Origin: Eledone cirrhosa
Taxonomy: Eukaryota
DNA: 64,000 nucleotides
Direction of reading: 5' to 3'
NCBI GenBank assembly: GCA_964016885.1
Contig: OZ024753.1
Span: 37,076,001 to 37,140,000, forward strand
Shown here: positions 26,492 through 40,155 of the stretch, in pieces
How positions within the stretch are numbered: position 1 is the first letter of the stretch
Layout of the letters: every line of letters begins with the position of its first letter
Program-made: the position numbers and the translations under genes
The notes under the pieces: generated by a model
Seen by the model: only the letters and a program-made list of their open reading frames with translations
The model's database searches: none
Told to the model about the DNA's origin: nothing

Positions 26492-27123
26492 AACAAACAG
26501 CGAGAGAGAGAGCAACAAACGGAGAGAGAGAGCAACAAACGGCGAGAGAGAGCAACAAACAGAGAGAGAGAGAGCAACAAACGGCGAGAGAGAGCAACAA
26601 ACAGAGAGAGAGAGAGCAACAAACGGCGAGAAAGAGCAACAAACGGCGAGAGAGAGCAACAAACGGCGAGAGAGAGCAACAAACGGCGAGAGAGAGCAAC
26701 AAACGGCGAGAGAGAGCAACAAACGGCGCGAGAGAGAGCAACAAACGGAGAAAGAGAGAGAAAGAGCAACAAACGGCGAGAGAGAGCAACAAAAGGCGCG
26801 CGAGAGAGAGAGCAACAAACGGCGAGAAAGAGCAACAAACGGCGAGAGAGAGCAACAAACGGCGAGAGAGAGCAACAAACGGCGCGAGAGAGAGCAACAA
26901 ACGGAGAGAGAGAGAGAAAGAGCAACAAACGGCGAGAGAGAGCAACAAACGGCGCGAGAGAGAGCAACAAACGGAGAGAGAGAGAGAAAGAGCAACAAAC
27001 GGAGAGAGAGAGAGAAAGAGCAACAAACGGAGAGAGAGAGAGAAAGAGCAACAAACGGCGAAAGAGAGCAACAAACGGCGCGAGAGAGAAAGAGAGCAAC
27101 AAACGGCGAGAGAGAGAGCAACA

Positions 27124-27166
<43 letters not shown>

Positions 27167-27170
27167 ACAA
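26490..27170. repeat. (GA)n-gcaacaaacgg compound minisatellite
   Basis: About 20-30-bp units with variable GA length. Confidence 0.9.
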
Positions 27171-27914
27171 ACAGCAAAAATAGCGAGAAAATGCTATGAT
27201 TGGAGGATGTAATTCTATTAGAAATAGTAAGCAATGGAGTTAAAGAGGTCGGGACGAGGACACAATTTGAGAAGTTAGTGGTAGTGAGAGAGAGAGAGAG
27301 AGAGAGAGAGAGTGAGAGAGAGAGAGACTGAAAGAGTAATGATTTACGTTGGAGAGAGAGAGGGGGTGAGGGAGAGGGAGTGGGGACGAGGGAGAAGGAG
27401 TGGGTTCGAGGAGGGGGCCAGTGATGTAATTTTCTTCAGAGAATCAAGAAGATTTATAAATGTCCCTCTACTAAATTCTCTACATCCTTCCTTCTTTCTT
27501 CCGTTCTTCCTCTCCTTGTATTTTTATGTTGATAATCTTTCGTCTTTCTCTCTGTGTGTGCCTATTTGTGTGAGTGTGTGAGTATTTGTGTGAGTACGAG
27601 TGCATGTGTGTGTGAACTTGTGTGTATCAATTTGTGTGAGTGTGTCTGTGTGAACTTGTGAGAGTGTGTATATGTGTTAATTTGTGTATTTGTACCTACC
27701 ATTCTCCCCCCCCCCCCCCCTCTCTGTTTGCAAGGGTGTATACCAACACTAGTACTGACAAGCTGTCATGGTGGCCTAATTGTTTAAAATCTATGTATTG
27801 TTTTTGTATGTTAAATGATTCAAAGGCAAAATAGATGTATATGTAATACATTTACACACATTACATAAACAGCCACAATACATATACCGTAAATGTAGGC
27901 AACATATTAGCGCT

Positions 27915-28826
27915 ACGTCTCCGAACTGAGAGATCACAGCTCTGATACTATGGGCATGTGGTTAGAATATGTCAGGAAAGAATCGCTGGACAGATATGTA
28001 GCTCGGAGATCAGAGAATCACTCCAGGTAGAGCCACGACTTCTCCGAATTGAGGGATCACAGCTCCGATATTACAGACATGTGGTTAGAATGTTTCAGGA
28101 AAGAATCGCTGGAGAGATATGTAGCTCGGAGATCAGAGAATCACTCCAGGTAGAGCCACGACTTCTCCGAATTGAGGGATCACAGCTCCGATATTAAAGA
28201 CATGGGGTTAGAATGTCTCAGGAAAGAATCGCTGGACAGATATCTAGCTCGGAGATCAGAGAATCACTCCAGGTAGAGCCACGACTTCTCCGAATTGAGG
28301 GCTCACAGCTCCGATATTACAGACATGGGGTTAGAATGTCTCAGGAAAGAATCGCTGGACAGATATGTAGCTCGGAGATCAGAGAATCACTCCAGGTAGA
28401 GCCACGACTTCTCCGAATTAAGGGCTCACAGCTCCGATATTACAGACATTTGGTTAGAATATCTCAGGAAAGAATCGCTGGACAGATATGTAGCTCGGAG
28501 ATCAGAGAATCACTCCAGGTAGAGCCACGACTTCTCTGAATTGAGGGATCACAGCTCCGATATTACAGACATTTGGTTAGAATATCTCAGGAAAGAATCG
28601 CTGGACAGATTTTATAGAGAAAAACCAACCAGCAAGAAACCCAGGGGTAGACCCCCCCGAGAAAGATGGTTGGATAACATCGATGAGCTTGGCTGGTCTC
28701 GCTTGGGGATCCAGCCAGATTAGTTGGAGACAATTGCTTCTGACAGGACCCACTAGAAGGAGTGTTTGAGGACTCTGCCCCTCATTACCCTAGCAGGAAT
28801 TAGTGGGCGCAGAAGAAGAACAACAA
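27915..28826 (+). mobile_element. RTE-clade (Rex3/Expander-like) LINE 3' fragment with an internal 123-bp tandem amplification
   Basis: Translation SSEIRESLQVEPRLLRIEGSQLRYYRHVVRMSQERIAG..KPRGRP..RWLDNIDELGWSRLGI resembles the RTE ORF C-terminus. About 5.6 copies of a 41-codon unit; (gaa)/(caa) tail. Confidence 0.85.
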
Positions 28827-29972
28827 ATTATATAGACATTACATAGACAGCTACAATACATATAAATGTATGCAACAGATTTCTTATATGAATGTCGTCT
28901 GTAAATGTTGTATTTTTGAGTTTACATGTTAATGTTTGAATCAGTAAAGTAGATGTTAGAAAAATAACTTATTTTGATATAAGAACTTAATCTGAAAGAG
29001 AGAAATCTAAGTAATCTGAATTAGATTACAAATGGAATCCTAGATAATACTTATCAATGCGTGGCACGTTATCTTGTCTTTTACTCGTTTACCAGTTTCA
29101 GTCAATAGACTGCGGCCATGCTGGAGTACCGCCTTTAAAGGTTTTAGTATCTGCTAGCAAAGCTTTGGGTCGACTCAAGTCTTACGAAAGTTTATATATG
29201 AAAACGATGCAAAAATCCGTCGAATGGACTTCACATGTTCAATCGTAGTCTCTCCTTTTACCATTTTCCTAGTTTCAATCAGTAGACTGCGGCCAGGCTG
29301 GGGCACAACCTTCATGTAGTCCATGATATTGACCCCAGCCTGCTACTAATACCATTGTAACCCAGTACAACCAGCTTCATGATAGAGTGGTCACCGACTA
29401 AACCGGCTCTCCTCGTCAGGTGAGGAGAGTAAATGAAACCCCAGCAGCACTGAAAAACATGTAGGAATATATCTATATATGCTCGCATCTATGTACGTAC
29501 GTAGGTACATATCAACGTATGCTCGTATCTACATACGCACGTATATATCTACATACGCACGAAGGTATATATATCTATGTATGTACGCAGTTATCTATGT
29601 ATGTACGTATACATATATGAACATAGATATATACAGAACGTACGTAGGTATATATCTATGTATGCTTGTATCTATGAACGTACGTATGTATTTACATAAG
29701 CACGTAGGTATATATCTCTATGTATGTTTATATCTATGTATATATCTATATGGGTATTTTTCTAATCCAACTAAGTAGTATATTAGATATTAAACTTTAG
29801 ATATACTTTCCTCTACTGCCGAGAGAAATGTTGTTTACTGTTCAGTTGTTACAACATAAGTTCTGATAATACCTATCTAAATGGATTTTGTTGAATAATT
29901 TCGTAAAAGAAGGTTTTAAAATGAATTACTTTTGACTTAAGCTGTATGATGTGTGTCTAGGTCTATTGCTAA

Positions 29973-30030
<58 letters not shown>

Positions 30031-30149
30031 CAAATCTAGGGTGAGCAAACAAGAGCACAGATGTCTATTGGTGTATATATTGTATCTTTCAGACACTTGA
30101 AAACGAAACAAAAGATGTAATGTAGTGTGTGTATATATATACACACACA

Positions 30150-30199
<50 letters not shown>

Positions 30200-30674
30200 C
30201 ATATATATATATATATATACACAACTATATATATATATATATATATATATGTGCATATATATATATACACACCTATATATATATATATATATATATATGT
30301 GCATATATATATATAGGTAAATATATTTGATCGTGTGCTCATACCCACATTGTACAGACAAACGAACGGAAGGAAAGTAAATTGCTTTTACAGAGACAGA
30401 GAGAGAGAGAGAGGTGTGGTGAGAGATTGAGAGAGAGAGAGAGAGAGAGAGAGAGGTGCGGTGAGAGAGAGAGAGAGGGGTGGTGGCTATGAAACAATGA
30501 ATCTGTTCTGAGAAAGAAAATTCTGTCAGCAGATAACATTAGTTACCAACAGATAAGACACCAGTATATTTGTTTTGCAGAGTTACTGTCGTTAGTCTGT
30601 TTGGTGCTAAGTTTGGTATCATCATGATATTAATGATGATGATGATGATGATGGCTATCATCATCATATTTATA

Positions 30675-30845
30675 GGCACGGGCGTGGCTGGGAGGCTAAG
30701 AAGTTTGTTTCGCAACCACATGTTTCTGGATCCAGTCCTACTGCGCGGCACTTTTGGGCAAGGGTCTTTCTATAACTTTTTATAACTGTTTTACCAATGT
30801 CTTGTAAATGGGATTTAGTATACGGAAATTGCAGAAGCCTGTTGC
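30675..30845 (+). mobile_element. Third tRNA-derived SINE family (diverged)
   Basis: ggcgtggctg..taagaagtttg..caaccacatg..gggcaag. Related pieces at 36040-36140, 48340-48455 (minus) and 54470-54590. Confidence 0.6.
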
Positions 30846-30906
30846 ACGTAAATCCTCCCCGTGTAACCTTGCCACTGTTTCTTAAGTCAACCGGATATTC
30901 ACACAC

Positions 30907-31005
<99 letters not shown>

Positions 31006-31077
31006 GTTAATAAATGAAACAAAAAACAAAATAGAGAAGGCAATTTTACAGTTATATTGGGTTCGTTTCTCTCTCTC

Positions 31078-31123
<46 letters not shown>

Positions 31124-31194
31124 ACACACACACTTATACAGTCAGGGAGAGAGAGACAAGCGAACATTGAGGCACACATAGACAATATATATAT

Positions 31195-31226
<32 letters not shown>

Positions 31227-31480
31227 TGTGTGTGTGTCTGTGTGTGTGTATATATATATATATATACACACACACACAAAGACAAACTCACCCACACGAT
31301 TTATCCTGAAACTTGTCTATTTACCTCTAATCTAATCTGTCTTACGCTTCTTTTAACAAAATGGATCCTAAAAGCTTTTTTTCCCCTCTTCATTGGGCCA
31401 CGGTTTAAGTGATGTCTTTATTCCGTTTAGATGAGTAGGATGTAGACAGGCAGACAGGCAAATATTTACGTATTTCTGAT

Positions 31481-31561
<81 letters not shown>

Positions 31562-31656
31562 TTGTGTGTGCGTGTGATAAACTGCTCAAATCTTAACATT
31601 CGTGAACGATTTCTTTGATAGGGGGAAGAAGAGGTCCAGTAACTCATAGGCACGAG

Positions 31657-31742
<86 letters not shown>

Positions 31743-31896
31743 GGAGAAAGAAGGGAGGGAGGAAGGAGAGTCTATGGATGGAGAGAGGGGCAAGGAAAAA
31801 GGGACAGGGAAGGGAAGTGGTGAGGGTGTTCACGGGCGCACGTGTTTCTGTGTAGATATATATATATATATATACACATATGTGTGTGGTCTATGC

Positions 31897-31947
<51 letters not shown>

Positions 31948-32464
31948 CATGTGTCTGCGGTCGGTGTGTGTATGTATGTATGTATGTATGTATGTATGTA
32001 TGTATGTATGAGAGCAATAGAATCTGGGAGGTAAATATTTGTGGTTGATGGATAAATTGAAAGATTGCCTACAAGGAACAATTAAGTCTACATATTTGGT
32101 AGAGATAATTAATTTACTGTGTATGTGTGTGTATGTGTGTGTATGTGTGTGTATGTGTGTTGGGCCTCCGTCGGTTGTTCAACCAGTAGAAATGCCTGCT
32201 CGTGAAATTAACTTACAAGTGGACTGAGCATTCTACAGACACGTGTACCCTAAACATAATTCTCAAGGGGACCTAATGGACCTAACGTGTGTTACATGAC
32301 TAACCTTTTCTCGAGCTGTGTGGACTTCAGAAACGCGAAATAGAATGCCTTAAGAATAAAACCCCTAGTCGACAATCGAACCCATGTCCTAACGATCAAG
32401 AACTGAACACCCTGACCACTAAGCCTTAAGGAATTTTCTCTTATAATAATTTATATTATAATGT

Positions 32465-34340
32465 TTCACATCTGGTTTGCTATATTACCTGATTTAACGG
32501 ACTATATTTCACATCTGGTTTGCTATATTACCAGCCTTGATAGACGATATTTCACATCTGGTTTGCTATATTACCTGATTTAACGGACTATATTTCACAT
32601 CTGGTTTGCTATATTACCAGCCTTGATAGACGATATTTCACATCTGGTTTGCTATATTACCAGCCTTGATAGACGATATTTCACATCTGGTTTGCTATAT
32701 TACCTGATTTAACGGACTATATTTCACATCTGGTTTGCTATATTACCAGCCTTGATAGACGATATTTCACATCTGGTTTGCTATATTACCAGCCTTGAAG
32801 GACTATATTTCACATCTGGTTTGCTATATTACCAGCCTTGATGGACTATATTTCACATCTGGTTTGCTATATTACCAGCCTTGAAGGACTATATTTCACA
32901 TCTGGTTTGCTATATTACCAGTCTTGATGGACTATATTTCACATCTGGTTTGCTATATTACCAGATTTAACGGACTATATTTCACATCTGGTTTGCTATA
33001 TTACCAGCCTTGAAGGACTATATTTCACATCTGGTTTGCTATATTACCAGCCTTGATGGACTATATTTCACATCTGGTTTGCTATATTACCAGCCTTGAT
33101 GGACTATATTTCACATCTGGTTTGCTATATTACCAGCCTTGAAGGACTATATTTCACATCTGGTTTGCTATATTACCAGCCTTGATGGACTATATTACAC
33201 ATCTGGCTTGCTATATTACCAGCCTTGAAGGACTATATTTCACATCTGGTTTGCTATATTACCAGCCTTGAAGGACTATATTTCACATCTGGTTTGCTAT
33301 ATTACCAGCCTTGAAGGACTATATTTCACATCTGGTTTGCTATATTACCAGCCTTGAAGGACTATATTTCACATCTGGTTTGCTATATTACCAGCCTTGA
33401 AGGACTATATTTCACATCTGGCTTGCTATATTACCAGCCTTGAAGGACTATATTTCACATCTGGTTTGCTATATTACCAGCCTTGAAGGATTATATTTCA
33501 CATCTGGTTTGCTATATTACCAGCCTTGAAGGACTATATTTCACATCTGGTTTGCTATATTACCAGCCTTGAAGGACTATATTTCACATCTGGTTTGCTA
33601 TATTACCAGCCTTGAAGGACTATATTTCACATCTGGTTTGCTACATTACCAGCCTTGAAGGACTATATTTCACATCTGGCTTGCTATATTACCAGCCTTG
33701 AAGGACTATATTTCACATCTGGTTTGCTATATTACCAGCCTTGAAGGACTATATTTCACATCTGGCTTGCTATATTACCAGCCTTGAAGGACTATATTTC
33801 ACATCTGGCTTGCTATATTACCAGCCTTGAAGGACTATATTTCACATCTGGCTTGCTATATTACCAGCCTTGAAGGACTATATTTCACATCTGGTTTGCT
33901 ATATTACCAGCCTTGAAGGACTATATTTCACATCTGGCTTGCTATATTACCAGCCTTGAAGGACTATATTTCACATCTGGCTTGCTATATTACCAGCCTT
34001 GAAGGACTATATTTCACATCTGGCTTGCTATATTACCAGCCTTGAAGGACTATATTTCACATCTGGCTTGCTATATTACCAGCCTTGATGGACTATATTT
34101 CACATCTGGTTTGCTATATTACCAGCCTTGATGGACTATATTTCACATCTGGTTTGCTATATTACCATCCTTGAAGGACTATATTTCACATCTGGTTTGC
34201 TATATTACCAGCCTTGATGGACTATATTTCACATCTGGTTTGCTATATTACCAGCCTTGATAGACGATTTTTCACATCTGGCTTGCTATATTACCAGCCT
34301 TGAAGGACTATATTTCACATCTGGCTTGCTATATTACCAG
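32465..34340. repeat. 43-bp minisatellite, ~43 copies
   Basis: Unit ctatatttcacatctggtttgctatattaccagccttgaagga. Confidence 0.95.
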
Positions 34341-34811
34341 ATTTGAGGAACTATTCAAGAGATGCAGTTTCCTGCGAAACAGAACGTTATGGGTTTTACA
34401 TTTTTTTTTAACAGAAAAAACTATATATATATTTGGAACATTAAGGACCTTGTACTTTTACCTTGAAATCTTTGAATATGGGGACGCTAATGAGAAAAGT
34501 ACGTTTGATGCTAATACAACTTAGAACATCACCCATATATATATATATACAAGACATTTAAACATACATAGTCAGAGAATATATATATATATTAAGTTAA
34601 AAATGTACATCTACATATGCATACTGAAATACTAGTATGCATATGAATACACACACGTATACATATGTAGATGTAACAAGTCTTTCACTGGTTACTTTAC
34701 TGTGAGTAACCCAGCTATTCTGTATGTAAACACACAGACAAACCGGTTTTTAGAGTCATACTGGTTTTCGAGGAAACACCTTTCCTCTATTCTCCAGAAA
34801 GCCAGACAAGG

Positions 34812-34856
34812 AATATTGAACTAGTTTCGTTGTTGTTACAACTCATCAGCAATATT
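34812..34856 (-). ncRNA. Minimal type I hammerhead ribozyme (copy 1)
   Basis: Minus strand AATATTG-CTGATGA-GTTGT-aaca-ACAAC-GAAA-CTAG-TT-CAATATT: intact core, 5-bp helix II, palindromic helix III, 7-bp helix I, GUU triplet. Confidence 0.8.
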
Positions 34857-35278
34857 TACCTATCTACCGGCCTTTCTGGAGAATCGTAAAAGCACATATC
34901 GTTATATGCTTTTTCTATGAAAATTAGTAGTGGGCAGACTAATTTGCATAGAGTGTGAGTACGCACCGGTTCAGCGGAGACGATAAAAACAAATAACGAA
35001 ACGAAATTAAATTTCGTTTCGTTTGTAACTCACTTTTGTATGACTGACGCTTAAACAATTAAGTTAAAAATGTACATCTACATATGCATACTGAAATACT
35101 AGTATGCATATGAATACACACACGTATACACATGTAGATGTAACAAGTCTTTCACTGGTTACTTTACTGTGAGTAACCCAGCTATTCTGTATGTAAACAC
35201 ACAGACAAACCGGTTTTTAGAGTCATACTGGTTTTGGAGGAAACACCTTTCCTCTATTCTCCAGAAAGCCAGACAAGG

Positions 35279-35323
35279 AATATTGAACTAGTTTCGTTGT
35301 TGTTACAACTCATCAGCAATATT
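35279..35323 (-). ncRNA. Minimal type I hammerhead ribozyme (copy 2)
   Basis: Identical to 34812-34856, 467 nt away. Confidence 0.8.
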
Positions 35324-36441
35324 TACCTATCTACCGGCCTTTCTGGAGAATCGTAAAAGCACATATCGTTAATTGTTTAAGCGTCAGTCATACAAAAGTG
35401 AGTTACAAACGAAACGAAATTTAATTTCGTTTCGTTATTTGTTTTTATATATATATATATTCTCTGACTATGTATGTTTATAAGTCAGTCTTGTATATAT
35501 AGATGATGTTCTAAGTTATATTAGCATCAAACGTACTTTTCTCATTGGGAGCAAGTAAAATATTTAGATATATTAGGCTGCAATTTTTATGAAATTACAT
35601 TAGATTAGATAAACTTAAATAGAGAAATGTTAATACTTCTCAGATGAAAATTCGGTAGAAAAAAATAGTTCATCCTCCCACCAGAATAAAAATTAAAAAT
35701 TTTAAATAAAACCAAGCGTAAAAGATAAAAAGAAAATAGGAAAAGAACTTTTAAAAAGGTTAAAGTGTGACCTTGATAAAATCTGGAACATTTACTGGTT
35801 CTTCTACCTTGTCACACATCCCGAAATTCCTCAGTTGGCTTTATAGAGATCATAATAAGCGTTGATATTTTCAGTTGACAACGAGGTAGGTGGAGGATAG
35901 GGAAAGATGGCTGACATCCAGATATTATTGCCTTGTAATAAATGTTATATGACAGAGTAAAATACGTATTCTATAAAATGTCAGGGTGTTATGTTTATTA
36001 TTAATGTAGTGAAAAGAGATTTGAACTAGGTTGAATTAGGCGCAGAAATTAGATGTGTGTGGTTAAAGAAATTTGTCTCGCAACCAACAAATATGGTTTC
36101 CTGGTTCGATTTGGCAACAGAAGTTTGTCCTCCACCCTATTCTTCTTGATTTACAACAAAGCTTTTTTTTTACAATATTTTTCTGCAGAAAAACGAACTA
36201 CAATCATCGATGTATGAATACCTGTTTGTGCTGTTAGATTTAGCCATTATATATGCATACACATACATGAAATACTCAAAACTTTGCTCATCAATTTCAT
36301 GAGTAGGCTGCTTCGCTGATCGTTTCAACTGGAACACTCTTCGTTGAAACCGACAGAGATCCAATATACAAATTTCGCTGAGAGTTGAGCACTTGCGCTT
36401 TTTGTTCTAATACACAGGTAAAGAAAACACAAACACATACA

Positions 36442-36616
36442 CTATCGGTAGAGAGTTGGACACCATGCTTTGCAGCATAGAGTTACAGTCCTTTATCGTC
36501 TGAGTTCAAATCCCACCGAGGTAAACTTTGCCTTTCATCCTTACGGGGTCGATAAAATAAAGTACCAGTAACGCACTGGGTTATTACTGGCCTTGTGCCA
36601 AAAGTAGAAACAATTA
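36442..36616 (+). mobile_element. SINE-A copy
   Basis: Head, B box, core and tail all present. Confidence 0.85.
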
Positions 36617-36637
36617 TATATATATATATACACACAC

Positions 36638-36677
<40 letters not shown>

Positions 36678-36794
36678 ACACCCTATCTATGTATATATAT
36701 ATACATGTATATATACCCACACACACATATATATATATATATACACACACCCCTCACACTCACACATTATATACATACATATATATATATATAA

Positions 36795-36950
36795 AATATA
36801 GAGAAGGCTTCTACAGGACTAGAACTGTTTCATTCGAGAGAAATCATCTTCCCGAATGAAACAGTTCAAGCCCTGTAGAAGCCTTCTCTATATTAAATAT
36901 TTATACTCTGCTTTGTATTGAGTACCTTACTTACTGTGGTTACCCGGGAT
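36795..36950 (+). mobile_element. Family H1 element, fold-back palindrome of the hammerhead 3' half plus tail
   Basis: Arms 36795-36836 and 36853-36894 contain cgaatGAAAcag..ctgTAgaag. Tail gtattgagtaccttacttactgtgg. TA-flanked. Confidence 0.65.
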
Positions 36951-36958
36951 AAACTTAT

Positions 36959-36995
<37 letters not shown>

Positions 36996-36998
36996 CAC

Positions 36999-37061
<63 letters not shown>

Positions 37062-37299
37062 CACACACTCATCCATACATTCATATATACACATATACCC
37101 ACACACTCACACACTCGTTCATACATACATGTACGCACACACACACGTGTGTATGTGTATGTGTATGTGCGTATATGTGTGTGTGTATGTGTGTTTAAAT
37201 AAATCGCCAATTGTTTCATTCATTGCTATCATTGATATAGATGTCAGCCTGGTCTCAGTGATAAAGTCTTCATTTTATTTTACTCACTTCCCCACCTCC

Positions 37300-37551
37300 A
37301 CCATCACCACTAACAGAAACGAATTCGTTCAATCGCTTGATTCCTCTCACTCGCAATTTCCTCTTTATATATCCGGTAAACAGAATCTTTTTTTCTTTTA
37401 AATTCTGTTTTTTTATTTAACACCAACACGAGAGACACTGATTGCAGTTAAAGAAAAGGAGGGGGAGCATTTGATGTGAGATAAACAGACGTTGTTGTCC
37501 GCAAGGAAGCACGAATCAATCTACAGAACCGAGATTTTGGCCAAGGTAACT
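37300..37551 (+). other. Candidate non-coding exon ending in AAG|GTAACT
   Basis: Unique sequence between repeats with a donor-like site at 37546. The 5' boundary is undefined. Confidence 0.25.
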
Positions 37552-37569
37552 GTGTTATAGTGAATAATG

Positions 37570-37840
37570 GCTTCTACTATAGGCCCAAGGCCTTCAATTA
37601 TTCCAGTATATTACTGGTACTTTATTTTATCGACCCCGTAGGGATGAAAGGCAAAGTTAACCTCGGCGGGATTTGAACTCAGTCCGTAAAGGGACGTAAC
37701 TCTATGCTGGAATGCATGGTGTCCGACTCTCTACCGATACTGCCCATCCACATTTCTACTATAGGCCCAAGGCCAGTAATTTGGGGAGAGGGGAAAAAGT
37801 TAATTAAATCGACCCCAGTGCATTACTGGTGCTTTATTAT
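37570..37840 (-). mobile_element. SINE-A copy plus adjacent partial copy
   Basis: Two tandem reverse-strand matches. Confidence 0.8.
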
Positions 37841-38427
37841 ATTGTATTGTCATGAGCTCGATTCTCGGTACTTTATTTCATGTTGTTCAAATCACTGAAG
37901 CTGGAAAGGCGAGTCGTACCTGTAAATTGAACACACTATGTCACATAACTGTCACACACTATGTCACATATAACTGTCACACACTATTTCATATATAATT
38001 GAAAGGACAAGCCTTGCCGCACACTGTGTCACATATAATTGAAAGGACAAGCCTTGTCACACACTGTCACATACAATTGAAACAACAAGCCTTGTCACAC
38101 TTTCACCTGTAATTCAAAGGGCAAACCTTGTCACACACACTGTCATGCTTATCACATTGTGGCCTGTTTGTCACGCTGAATCTCCCTGAGAACTACGTTA
38201 AGGGTACATGCGTTGATGGACTACTCAGTCACCAGCACGTTAATGTCCACGAGCAGGCTTTTTCCGTTTATCAAACATCTTGAAAACTCGTTCGTCGGAA
38301 CCGACGGAGGTCCAAATCTACAGTTGCCAATGAGCGGAACATATGAGAAAATAATTTTGTACCAAATGAGTTTTTAAACCCTTAAACTGAAGAGAAAAAC
38401 GTTGAAACAATAGAATCTCTGAATATG

Positions 38428-38780
38428 TTGACATTAAGGACCTTGCACTTTTACCCAGAAATCTTTGAATTTGGGACATTAAGGATCTTGCACTTTTACC
38501 CAGAAATCTTTGAATGTGGTAACATTAAGGACCTTGCACTTTTACCCAGAAATCTTTGAATCTGGGACATTAAGGATCTTGCACTTTTACCCAAAAATCT
38601 TTGAATTTGGTGACACTAAGGATCTTGTACTTTTACCCAGAAACTTTTGAACTTGGGGACACTAAGGTTCTTACACTTTACCCAGAAATATTTGAATATG
38701 GGGACACTAAGGACCTTGTACTTTTAACCAGAAATTTTTGAATATGGGAACAGAAAGGATGTTGCACTTTTACCCAGAAA
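38428..38780. repeat. 45-bp minisatellite, ~8 copies
   Basis: Unit gacattaaggaccttgcacttttacccagaaatctttgaatttgg; a lone monomer sits at ~34436-34490. Confidence 0.9.
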
Positions 38781-38882
38781 GGGGTCGGTGATATGTGAGA
38801 TTTTGTTTGTTTGTTTGTTGTTTTTTGGTGACAATTTTCAAAACGTTGGAGTTTGTGACACACTTTAAAAAGTAAAGACAAA

Positions 38883-38917
<35 letters not shown>

Positions 38918-39269
38918 ATTGTATGCATGTATATATATATATAAACACATAAATAAGATGTAGTCCATTGTCCCATAATATTCAAGATTACTATCAGCGC
39001 CACCCTCCACTACCTGTAGCTCTCGGTAAAGATAGGCTATAACGAAGGAACTGATGTTGATGACGAAGATGACAAAAACGATGACGATGACGACGATGAT
39101 GATGATGATGATGATGATGATTATGTTAATGACGATGATGATGATGACGATGGATAATGGTGATGGAAACGATGATAACGATGATGACGACTCACGAAGA
39201 TGAGACTGATGTTGGCGATGATCGTGACGACGGCGGCGATGATACAGCTAACTGCAGAACAAGATATAT

Positions 39270-39324
<55 letters not shown>

Positions 39325-39891
39325 TGTGGTGGGAGATGGGGGCCCGGGGGGTGCTACAAGAGACAGTATAGAATTGCATTGGTGTAGTAATGGCGATATT
39401 TTGGTGAAGGCACTGCTGAAAAACGATATGACGGTTGACAGTTTTTGGCTAAGCCGACAGACACCTAGCTGCTGTAAAGGCCGTACAGCAAAAGATTTAG
39501 GTCACAGACAGATGGATGTTTTGTGTATATGTATGGGTTTCTGTGTGTGTGTGTGTGTGTGTGTGTACATTCGTATGTGTGTGCAAATTTGTGTTTATGT
39601 GTGTGTTTGTGTGTATTTTTATATATATATATATATGTGTGTGTGTGTATGTATATGTGCGTGTATGTATATGTGCGTGTGAACGTATATGGGAATGTAT
39701 GTGAATGTATGTATGTTTGTAAATATATGCACGTTTGTGAATGTGTGCGTGTGTATGTGTGCGTGTGTGCCTCTATGTGTGAGTATATGTGTGCTTCTGT
39801 GTGTGTGTCTGTATGTGTATATGAGAGAGAATGGGGTGGGTTAGCAAGCGTGAGAGAGAGATAAACAAACAAGCTTGTGAAACAATATTCA

Positions 39892-40078
39892 TAATTGTTT
39901 CTACTTTAGGCACAAGGCCAGCAATTATCTCAGTGCATTACTGGTACTTTATTTTATCGACCCTGTAAGGATGAAAGGCAAAGTCAACCTCGGCAGGATT
40001 TGAACTCAGATCGTAAAGGGACGTAACTATGCTGGAAAGCATGGCGTCCGACCCTCTACCGATACTGCCAATCCACCC
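39892..40078 (-). mobile_element. SINE-A with ~17-bp TSD
   Basis: gaaacaatatt(c/a)ataat at 39879-39895 and 40079-40095. Confidence 0.85.
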
Positions 40079-40155
40079 GAAACAATATTAATAATGGCAG
40101 CCGAGATGTGTTCTATACACAGGATCGCTTTGTCTATATACATGTAATATCTAGG

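Larger units (their letters stand above)
34591..35448 (-). mobile_element. Non-autonomous Penelope-like/retrozyme-like element: 314-bp direct repeats (period 467 bp), each with a hammerhead, plus a 5' inverted segment
   Basis: 34591-34904 is nearly identical to 35058-35371. 34983-35061 is inverted at 35369-35448. Flanked by (TA)n. No ORF. Confidence 0.75.
34489..35546. repeat. ~100-bp outer inverted repeat enclosing the HHR-dimer element
   Basis: aatgagaaaagtacgtttgatgctaat..gtcagagaatata (34489-34590) versus its reverse complement at 35448-35546. Confidence 0.8.

Noticed and set aside
25994-27234. 260-405 aa ORFs on both strands
   Set aside because: Compound GA minisatellite with no coding signature.
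32465-34340. CRISPR-like regular array
   Set aside because: Contiguous tandem units with no unique spacers, no cas genes, and a eukaryotic context.
36170-36364. 64-aa minus-strand ORF with a possible donor near 36219
   Set aside because: Non-ATG start in the track, no clear acceptor and no recognisable domain.
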